Source: Amphiscolops sp. MND2022 (taxonomy: Eukaryota). From it: a stretch of DNA of 64,000 nt. The position numbers and the translations under genes were made by a program. The stretch lies in NCBI GenBank assembly GCA_964187785.1, contig OZ076409.1, positions 75,890,001 to 75,954,000 of the forward strand, written 5' to 3'. Under the pieces are notes generated by a model. The model was not told the DNA's origin and did not search any database. It worked only from the letters and a program-made list of their open reading frames with translations. Numbering within the stretch: the stretch's first letter is position 1; each line of letters begins with the position of its first letter. Shown here piece after piece: positions 1 through 9,031 of the stretch.

Positions 1-2
1 AG

Positions 3-1412
3 CAATTGCGCCCTCCACAAGGATCATTGACATGGTTGTCACCGAAGATGCTGACAAATTTTGATTTCCACTACTTTAAACACTATGTTCGAGCAAAGCC
101 TGGATTGTTGCGACAGATACTGACTAAATTAGATGAACTTGATATCAGCCCAATCGAAGCATCAAATATTGCAAAGGAAATTGTAGCCAATTGTAATATC
201 CATTCAACTTGGGACAATGTTGGTGACAACTTTGACATGCGTGTTTTCAGCACACGAGCCGCTGAAAAACAGGCTGTTACACATCATTTTGAAAAAATTC
301 TGGCTGACCAAAGTTGTGTAAATGTTGTGTTAACTGCTAATGATGAAGTGAGTTCTACTGGTGCATCAATTTGGCGTCCGGCAGGTGACATTGAACAAAA
401 AATCATCGATTCCACATCCATCACTCCCCGACAACTGCTCTTGTATAAGAAAGCGCTTCTCAGATTTACAGCCAACCTCCCCAACATTCAGGCTAGGCAA
501 GGCCAATTGTGCCTAATTTTGGAAATACCAACCGAAACAGCATCTTCTCTGGACGTTTGGATTGCACCACCAGGTTGCCGGACCGTCACAAATTTCGACG
601 AAAATAACCTCATTACATCTGGTTGGCGCAAAGTCTCTATTTCAAAAGTGTTTACACCTATAATGACTAACAACAACAAATTCCTAAGGAGATACTCTTT
701 CCCTCTCAAGAACTATGTGGCATCCACTATTCACAAATGCATTGGTGACACGTTCCCAAAGATTGTTACCAAAGTTTCACTTACGGACAAACATTACAAA
801 ATTTGGGAAAAAGAGCAACTTCTTGTGTTGTTGAGTAGAGTCAGTAAGCTCGACGACATAACGTTCGTAGGTGAAGAACACGAAATAGAATTAACTTTAA
901 CTGCTGCCATTCAGCAAAAGTCCTGCTGGGGAACTTTCATCAATAACCTTCTGGAAAAATTGGCCTGTACTCCCTCTGACCTGACGCCGCCAACACTCAA
1001 CCTCCTTTCTTCAAATATTGTACCTTGGAACATTGTCTTACCCGAAGACAATGTAGGCTTTGTGTATCTTCTGGTAAGCACGAAGATTCCGAATGTTTAT
1101 TTCATTGGAGAGGCTCTGGAAATTCGGCGAGAATTGAAAGTTATCAACTCTGGAAATGGCGCATCCGAAACACGCCCAATCGAACGAAGGCCATGGGCAA
1201 TCTTAGCATTTGCAACAGGTTTCAACACCGAAGATTCTTCCAGCAACAATACGCAAAGAAAATCGCTTGTATCGAAGATGAGAACGCAATTTACTTCCCT
1301 TGGATTAAACTTCACCACCGTGGAATTGTTTGAAACGTTCAAAGAATCAACGAGAACATATGCTGACGAACGTGATCTAAATTTGAGAGTTATCCAGTGT
1401 GGCAGTGTTTAG
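3..1412 (+). CDS. 5'-truncated PIF1-family (SF1B) DNA helicase with C-terminal GIY-YIG-like domain; probable C-terminus of a Helitron-like Rep/helicase protein
   Basis: The frame is open from the window edge. Recognisable PIF1 motifs occur in order: QLRPP (motif III, GDxxQLxP-like), FDFHYFKHYVR (motif IV-like), RYSFPLKNYVASTIHKCIGDT (motif V, cf. RxQFPLxxxxAxTIHKxQGxT) and QLLVLLSRV (motif VI, cf. QxYVALSRV). From 1056: GFVYLLVS..NVYFIGE..RR..NSGNGASET..RRPWAILAFATGF, resembling SLX1-type GIY-YIG domains. Confidence 0.85.
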   Translation, partial: QLRPPQGSLTWLSPKMLTNFDFHYFKHYVRAKPGLLRQILTKLDELDISPIEASNIAKEIVANCNIHSTWDNVGDNFDMRVFSTRAAEKQAVTHHFEKILADQSCVNVVLTANDEVSSTGASIWRPAGDIEQKIIDSTSITPRQLLLYKKALLRFTANLPNIQARQGQLCLILEIPTETASSLDVWIAPPGCRTVTNFDENNLITSGWRKVSISKVFTPIMTNNNKFLRRYSFPLKNYVASTIHKCIGDTFPKIVTKVSLTDKHYKIWEKEQLLVLLSRVSKLDDITFVGEEHEIELTLTAAIQQKSCWGTFINNLLEKLACTPSDLTPPTLNLLSSNIVPWNIVLPEDNVGFVYLLVSTKIPNVYFIGEALEIRRELKVINSGNGASETRPIERRPWAILAFATGFNTEDSSSNNTQRKSLVSKMRTQFTSLGLNFTTVELFETFKESTRTYADERDLNLRVIQCGSV

Positions 1413-1972
1413 TTCATTTGGGTTTACAAATATTACACTGTAGAAGTCTCTGAGAATGGACGATAGATGAAGCATGTGAGGTTGCCCCGGCCACGCAGTG
1501 AGCCGAGGGCAAGCTTTATTCAAACTATAGATGAACATCCTTTTTTGTTGAAAAGTTCTTTGATTATACTTTGCCTTTGCTCATTTTTTCAACGTTCCTT
1601 TGTAAATATATACTGATAAAATTGTCACCCGTTGATAATATTACCAGTTGACACTGAAGTTGACACCAGTCAAGAAAAAAAATAATTATCTGACTGGAAC
1701 AAAAAAAGACAAAAAAAACAAGATGGCAAGATTGTTGAAACAGTTCAATTCTTCAACTTCGATAATCTTTTCCTTAACATATTTTTACCATCACGTGGAG
1801 GGAAATAGAAAAACATTTCTACAGTTAATTAGTTCGAAAGAGAAAAATTAGACAGTATTTAGACGCAGTAGTGATGTTGTACATCGAAAGAAATGAAAAT
1901 GTGTCGAGAAACATAACTTTATTGTGTTTTTAGATAGCTTTGTCTTCAATCGAGACTGAAACAAGATTCAAA

Positions 1973-2894
1973 ATGCCCATCATTAATAAAGATTTGTCGG
2001 CAGATGAGGCAGCCACCAGAACAATCAGTAAATTAACAACGTGTGAACTCGATGAAGTGATGGAATCTAATGCAACGGATCGGAAGTACATGATTTGTAC
2101 ATTGCTTTACGCCAAAAAATGTGTGAAATCAGTATCGTATTTTAAACTAACGAATGGACAAAAGCAAAAACAGGAGGCTACATTTAACCGTTTTGTCCTT
2201 CTGGGAGTGATCGGAAAAGAGAAAGTAATGGCAATATTTACCTACACCCAACTAGAAAGCGCGGAGTTGTTGCGTTACTGTTCTGCATTACAACCAGGAA
2301 ATGCGTGCGCCTTAATACGCCCTAAATTCGATAACAAGTATATGGGATCATCATCCACTACCCCAATCATACTAACTTCTGAGCCACTAGTGCCTCTGAA
2401 CATCAAGAATTACCCTGATGTCAGCTGTCCAAGAATTGTATCATCACCGGACTTTCAACATTTCTACATGAAAACGAAAGATTTGAAGCTCGATAATATA
2501 GATGCCATTGGAAACGTGTGCAATGGGACCTTCTGCGATGGTCAACCGAAGGGCGACTGTCCTTGTTTAGAGGTCGACAACCGGAAAAGCAGCTGGATCA
2601 TTACTGCGGATGTGAAATGCAGTGGGTTGTATCACTCATCAAAAATACGATCAAAACGATTGATAACGGTATTCGCTCCCAAATGTAAGTCGGCGGACCC
2701 TAACAAAAGAGAATTTGATGTCCTTGATTTGGGCGATTGTATTGAAAACTGTGTTGAAGCAGTAAATGCCAAGAATGGATGGGAAATTTTCGGTTGGGTG
2801 AAACCAAACGAATCTGCTCTAGAGTTTACAAACTATGAATGCGACCTACACATTATACATCTTCAACCTATCGAAATTACAGATGTAGAGTCAG
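1973..2894 (+). CDS. ORF2 exon 1: Cys-rich protein of unknown function (predicted spliced product 366 aa)
   Basis: Long open frame 1940-2950 with first ATG at 1973 and a CNGTFCDGQPKGDCPC cluster. After the candidate donor CAG|GTAAAC at 2894/2895 the frame runs into T-rich, intron-like sequence (IFIFPVFTFFFR). Confidence 0.7.
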
Positions 2895-3184
2895 GTAAAC
2901 CTAAACTTCAAATATTTATTTTTCCAGTTTTTACTTTCTTTTTTCGCTAAAGTTCTAAATAATTTTCGACCAAAATATGTCTAGCAGAATCAAAATATAC
3001 ATTTTAACAGAATCTCAAACACAACGTTTAGTGTTATTAACAATTGTTTTCGCAAAAGACATGAACATTAATTTCACCTTGAACTATTATTTTACAACTT
3101 GAGACTAAAACTTACAGTCTTTCTTTTTTTCCCAACGTTATTTTTAAGATGACCGATAATTGACAAATGATAAATATACTTCAG

Positions 3185-3363
3185 ATGCATACAAAGCCTT
3201 GCAGTATAAGTTGCCCGAAACATCTGCCCCAGAAGTCGAAATGCCCGTCATAGCAACTACATCAGGAACAGCTTCGGTTCCAGCAACAGCTCCAGCAACA
3301 GCTCCAGAAACAGCTCCAGCAACAGCTCCACCAGATGAACAAGCAGCTTCGGTTGAAAGATGA
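3185..3363 (+). CDS. ORF2 exon 2 (predicted): Ala/Pro/Thr-rich C-terminal tail
   Basis: The acceptor TTCAG| at 3184 joins in phase 1 (G|AT = Asp) with the 2894 donor, giving ...TDVES-D-AYKALQYKLPET...ASVER*. The intron 2895-3184 is a 290-bp AT-rich GT..AG segment. Confidence 0.6.
3280..3330 (+). repeat. 12-bp coding minisatellite (CCAGCAACAGCT x ~4; PATA/PETA)
   Basis: Directly visible tandem copies. Confidence 0.85.
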
Positions 3364-3594
3364 AAATCGCATTATCAACTACGAAAAATGCAGAAATCAA
3401 GAGAAGTGACAATGAGCAAAAAACATTGATAGATTTAAAAATCTCGAAACATTTTGATTCAATAATGTTATAATGTGATCATAAAAAGATTGCAGAAAAA
3501 ATAATCTTGAAACCGGTAAAAGATTATAAATATCGTATTGTTATGTTCCTTTAGTTCATATTCTTGAAATAATGTTAATTTCTTATTTTCAAGA

Positions 3595-3600
3595 AATAAA
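3595..3600 (+). promoter_or_regulatory. Candidate polyadenylation signal (AATAAA) for ORF2
   Basis: AATAAA about 230 bp after the stop at 3363; AT-rich context makes a chance match possible. Confidence 0.3.
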
Positions 3601-3784
3601 AATTCACTTTTTCGTTCCCACAAGAAACTTGAATAGAGTGTTCATAGAAAAAATACGTATGTTCATAGACTAGTCAATATTTTCAATACAAATATCTGAA
3701 CTAGTCAAAATACTAATCTTTTCTTTGCTTTCACTCTGATATGACATTTGCTAAACGTTTGGTCCTTACAACATACACATGACT

Positions 3785-3896
3785 AACGTCAACGCCACAT
3801 ACTGTTACCAACGCCCACCGTCCGTAGGCATGCCGAGGCATGCCTTTCGACGACGTATGCCAAATACCATAAAACCGACGCGCACTCTCCCGCTAG
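3785..3896 (+). other. Conserved 3' terminus module (CAACGCC x2, hairpin, 45-50 nt spacer, CTAG); 47 copies in window
   Basis: AACGTCAACGCC..CAACGCCCACCGTCCGT-[A/G]GGCATGCC-GA-GGCATGCC[T/C]-TTCGACGAC..CTAG, present before every junction. Confidence 0.9.
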
Positions 3897-5164
3897 GTGG
3901 CCGTGTCTTTTCGACGTGCTTTTGCATCGAGGAGTGGGTAGGGCCCCGCGACGACCTAGAAGAATTGGATGCTCACCGAAACGTGCAGAATTCTACGAGA
4001 TCTCATAGTTTGAGCCATACGATTTTGCTGAAATTTGGCATGTGGCCTGGAATTGGTGAGTAGGTAAAACGTGTAGGAGGTGATTTTTCCCAAATTCCAC
4101 TCTGAGACGAGATATGGGCAAATAACGGTCCCAAAAATGGCAAAATTGCACTTTTTTCAACTTTGTCAGCCCATATCTCGTTCCCAGGTGCCCGGAGCGG
4201 GACGCGTTAAGCTGATTATAAACTCTAGGGTGTTGAGGCGGTACGGTGAACTTTGGCCCGTTCCGATCGGACTTGTAGTCTTGGAGAAATAACGGTATTT
4301 TTGGGAAATTTTTTCTAACGGTCCAGCTTATCTTTGCCATTTTTCGAAAATGTACTCGCCTAAAGGCCTCCCCCTGGCCGAATTTACTCCCAGCAAAACC
4401 ATTTGGCCCTAAATACGGAGTTTCAGCGTTCCAGCATTCCCGGGCGAAAAGTTGTGGGACTTGGAAAAATTTCAAAAATTTTCAAATTTTTTTTTTACGT
4501 TTTCCGGGCCCCCAATGAAGGGAAACGACCCCCCAACCCTTATTTTGAGTGAATGCATGTGGAAAGGCCATGGTTAGAGGAGAAAAATGCCGTTTAGATT
4601 GTCTTTCTATTTTAACTTGACATTGACTTATGACGTTTTGAATGTGATGTTAGGATGTGTGAGGCATGTGAAAAGTTGATGTTTTGAGTCTTTATCTCAT
4701 ATGAAAGCAATTGAGATGCACGCTGTCCTGCTCAAAACGTCTTTCGTTGTAGTTTTCCAGTGCACCAGAACCCTTTGGTGTCATTTGAACATACTTTTCT
4801 TCGGTTTATTAACATTTTTAATGTATTTATTCCAATTTTTATTATCTTATAGCTCAAAACAGTTGAGTACATTTCATCTCCCTTTCGGGGGAGATGAGAA
4901 TGTACTCGCTAAAGACCTAGCGCCATGACCAAAATTTGAAGCGCACGTTTTGTATCTTCTTACAGACTTGTTTTTGTATTTTTTCGGATTTTTCTAAAAA
5001 ATAATAATATACTTGAAATACATTACTTGACTTTACTACTACATTCCACCTCCAACGTCAACGCCCCCCTGCTTGCATCAACGCCCACCGTCCGTGGGCA
5101 TGCCGAGGCATGCCCTTCGACGACGTATGCCAAATGCCCAGTGCCACGCAGTCATTCTCGCTAG
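3897..5164 (+). mobile_element. Non-autonomous unit, subfamily A (starts GTGGCCGTGTCTTTTCG; 23 copies including variants and the final partial copy)
   Basis: 1268 bp, bounded by CTAG|GTG junctions, with the terminal hairpin at 5096-5115. Confidence 0.75.
4865..4907 (+). other. Conserved internal stem-loop (GAGTACATT-TCATCTCCC..GGGAGATGA-G-AATGTACTC), one per ~1.28-kb unit
   Basis: About 18-bp stem with a variable loop, retained in subfamilies A-G. Confidence 0.85.
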
Positions 5165-6452
5165 GTGCCGGGATTTCTATTCGATAAAGTATGTGGCGCG
5201 TGTGGGTAGGGTCCCTGGCGCGCTCTTGGGTATGGTGTTCACCAGCTAGGAAATAGGGGTCGATTTTTCGGGATCTCCTAAACTAGCCACACGATTTGGC
5301 TGAAATTTGGCACACGTACTCCCCTCGGCATGGGGAAGATGATTTCCTACTGACGTTTTTCCCGCAAAATTTTTTTTGTTGTCCAAAATAACGGTTTTTG
5401 GTGGAAAATTTTGAACTTTTTTTAAATTTCATCTCATATCTCGCCACGGGTTTACGCTAGCGCTTCAAAACCCTGCTAAAGAAAGCTTGCAAACTGTCTC
5501 AGGAATGCGGTGTGAAATTTTCAGCACAATCGAACTTAAACTCAAGGAGATATAGCGTTTTTCCGGAGCGGGGGGGTTTCATTTTTCTAACGGTCCAGCT
5601 TATCTTAGCCATTTTTTCGAAAATGTACTCGCCTAAAGACCTCCCCTGGCCGGTTTTATTCCCAGCAAAACCATTTGGCCCTAAATACGGAGTTTCAGCG
5701 TTCCAGCATTCCCGGGCGAAAAGTTGTGGGACTTAGAAAATTTCAAAAATTTTCAAAATTTTTTTTTTCCGTTTTCCGCCCTCCCCCCCTAGGGGAAATG
5801 ACCCCCCAACCAGTAATTTGAGTGAATTCATGTGGAAAGGCCATGTTTAGAGGAGAAAAATACCGTTTAGATCGTCTTTTTATCTTTATTCAACGTTGAC
5901 TTATGACGTTTTGAAGGTGATGTTTGGAGGTGTGAAGCACGTGAAAAGTAAACGTTATGAGTATTTATCTGATCTGAAAGCCATTGAGATGCAACCTGTT
6001 TTGCTCAAAACGTAATTCATATCAGTTTGGTAGTCAATCAACACCCTTTGTTGTCATTTGACATCTTTTTTTGTTGATATAAGAAAAAATTTCATGTATT
6101 TATTCATTTTTTTCTCATCAAATAACTTGAAACAGTTGAGTACATTCCATCCCCCCTTCACGGGGGAGATGAGAATGTACTCGCAAAAAGCCCCGAACTA
6201 CGGCCCTTACCTTCCTGAGCTACGCAGTATAAAGATTGCATATTGGTTCCGACATTTTGATAGAGTTATATCTTGGTAATCTGTCTGGGTATGCAGAAAA
6301 ACCAGCACGTGCTTTTTTATACCAAGTTGCTTACAACGACATTTATTTTATATCAACGCCCCCATATTTATCAACGCCCACCGTCCGTGGGCATGCCGAG
6401 GCATGCCCTTCGACGACGCGCACCAAAATATTCCCCGAGCGCGTTAGCCTAG
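5165..6452 (+). mobile_element. Non-autonomous unit, subfamily B (starts GTGCCGGGATTTCTATTCGATAAAG; 8 copies plus a variant at 20539)
   Basis: 1288 bp; other copies start at 7742, 19252, 38373, 48006, 51877, 54438, 62080. Confidence 0.75.
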
Positions 6453-7741
6453 GTGCCGGGATTTCCATTCGATAAGGAACTCTGCGCGTGTGGGTAGGGC
6501 CCCTGGCGCGCTCCTGTGTTTTGGGTTTTCCTACTCTAAATTCACACATCAGTTATCTCGGATCTCGAAAACTAGCCACACGATTTGGCTGAAATTTGGC
6601 ACACGTACCCCCCTCGGCACGGTGAAGATGATTTCCTTCTGACGTTTTTCCCGCTAAACATTTTTTGTTGACCAAAATAACGGTTTTTGGGGTAAAATTT
6701 TCAACTTTTTTTAAATTTCATCTTATATCTCGACACGGGTGCACGCTAGCGCTTCCAAACCTTGCTGACGAAAGTTTGCAAACTGTCTCAGGAATGCTGT
6801 GTGAAAATTTCAGCTCAATCGGACTTAAACTCGAGGAGATATAGCGTTTTTCCGGAGCGGGGGGGTTTCATTTTTCTAACGGTCCAGCTTATCTTTGCCA
6901 TTTTTTCGAAAATGCACTCGCCTAAAGGCCTCCCCTGGCCGGTTTTATTCCCAGCAAAACCATTTGGCCCTAAATACGGAGTTTCAGCGTTCCAGCATTC
7001 TCGGGCGAAAAGTTGTGGGACTTAGAAAATTTCAAAAAATTTCAAAAAATTTTTTTTTCGTTATTCGGGCCCCCAAAGTGGGGGAAAAGACCCCCCAACC
7101 AGTATATCAAGTGAATGCATGTGGAAAGGCCATGTTTAGAGGAGAAAAATGCCGTTTAGAACGTCTTTTTATCTTGGCTCAACGTTGACTTATGACGTTT
7201 TGAAGGTGATGTTTGGCGGTGTAAAGCAAGTGAATAGTAAACGTTATGAGTATTTATCTGATCTGAAAGCCATTGAGATGCAATATGATTGCTCAAAACG
7301 TAATTCATTGCAGTTTGGCAATCAATCAACACCCTTTGTTGTCGTTTGACATACTTTTTTGTTGTTAAAATAAAAAATTTTGTGTATTTATTCATTTTTT
7401 TCTCATCAAATAACTTGGAACAGTTGAGTACATTCCATCCCCCCCTTCCGGGGGAGATGAGAATGTACTCGCAAAAAGCACCGAACTACGGCCCTTACCT
7501 TCCCGAGCTACGCAGTATAAGGATTACATATTGGTTCCGACATTTTCATAGAGTTATATCTTGGTAATCTGTCTGGATATGCCGAAAAATCAGCACGTGC
7601 CTTTTAATACCAAGTTGCTCACAACGACAATTATTTTATATCAACGCCCCCATATTTATCAACGCCCCCCGTCCGTGGGCATGCCGAGGCATGCCCTTCG
7701 ACGACCCGCACCAAAATATGCGTTAGCGCGGTAGCCGCTAG
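6453..7741 (+). mobile_element. Non-autonomous unit, subfamily C (starts GTGCCGGGATTTCCATTCGATAAGG; 5 copies)
   Basis: 1289 bp; other copies start at 11596, 12883, 39659, 53165. The body is related to subfamily B. Confidence 0.75.
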
Positions 7742-9031
7742 GTGCCGGGATTTCTATTCGATAAAGTATGTGGCGCGCCTTGGGTAGGGTCCCTTGCGCG
7801 CTCTTGGGTATGGTGTTCACCAGCTAGGAAACAGGGGTCGATTTTTCGGGATCTCCTAAACTAGCCACACGATTTGGCTCAAATTTGGCACACGTACTCC
7901 CCTCGGCACGGTGAAGATGATTTCCTACTGACGTTTTTCCCGCAAAATTTTTTTTGTTGTCCAAAATAACGGTTTTTGGGGTAAAATTTTGAATTTTTTT
8001 TAAATTTTATCTTATATCTCGCCACCGGTTTACGCTAGCGCTTCAAAACCCTGCTAAAGAAAGCTTGCAAACTGTCTCAGGAATGCGGTGTGAAATTTTC
8101 AGCACAATCGGACTTGAACTCAAGGAGATATAGCGTTTTTCCGGAGCGGGGGGGTTTCATTTTTCTAACGGTCCAGCTTATCTTAGCCATTTTTTCGAAA
8201 ATGTACTCGCCTAAAGACCTCCCCTGGCCGGTTTTATTCCCAGCAAAACCATTTGGCCCTAAATACGGAGTTTCAGCGTTCCAGCATTCTCGGGCGAAAA
8301 GTTGTGGGACTTAGAAAAATTCAAAAATTTTCAAATTTTTTTTTTCGGTTTTCCGCCCTCCCCCCCGAGGGGAAAAGACCCCCCAACCAGTAATTTGAGT
8401 GAATTCATGTGGAAAGGCCATGTTTAGAGGAGAAAAATGCCGTTTAGAACGTCTTTTTATCTTGGCTCAACGTTGACTTATGACGTTTTGAAGGTGATGT
8501 TTGGAGGTGTAAAGCACGAGAATAGTAAACGTTATGAGTATTTATCTGATCTGAAAGCCATTGAGAAGCAATATGGTTTGCTCAAAACGTAATTCATTGC
8601 AGTTTGGCAGTCAATCATCACCCTTTGTTGTCGTTTGACATACTTTTTTGTTGTTATAATAAAACATTTTGTGTATTTATTCATTTTTTTCCCATCAAAT
8701 AACTTGAAACAGTTGAGTACATTCCATCCCCCCCTTCCGGGGGAGATGAGAATGTACTCGCAAAAAGCCCCGAACTACGGCCCTTACCTTCCCGAGCTAC
8801 GCAGTATAAGGATTACATATTGGTTCCGACATTTTCATAGAGTTATATCTTGGTAATCTGTCTGGATATGCACAAAAATCAGCACGTGCCTTTTAATACC
8901 AAGTTGCTCATAACGACAATTATTTTATACCAACGCCCCCATATTTATTAACGCCCCCCGTCCGTGGGCATGCCGAGGCATGCCCTTCGACGACCCGCAC
9001 CAAAATATACGTCGAGCGCGGTAGCAGCTAG

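Larger units (their letters stand above)
1..3896 (+). mobile_element. 3' portion of a putative autonomous Helitron-like element (5' end outside window)
   Basis: PIF1 helicase ORF plus accessory gene, followed on the same strand by a GC-rich hairpin (3826-3845) and CTAG (3893-3896). This terminus has the same design as all downstream units. The HUH Rep domain is not visible. Confidence 0.7.

Noticed and set aside
1648..1851. 67-aa ORF between the two genes
   Set aside because: A-tract-rich low-complexity sequence with a non-ATG start; more likely the promoter or 5'UTR of ORF2.
3147..3159. Alternative ORF2 splice acceptor at 3148
   Set aside because: It is an AAG acceptor that leads to a stop within four codons, whereas the TTCAG at 3184 restores a long frame.
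4359..4462. 5S rRNA, tRNA, snRNA tandem gene or HDV-like/hammerhead ribozyme
   Set aside because: No recognisable RNA gene sequence. GCC-TCCCCT-GGC resembles an HDV P3/L3, but I could not find matching P1/P2 pairings, and no hammerhead core was seen.
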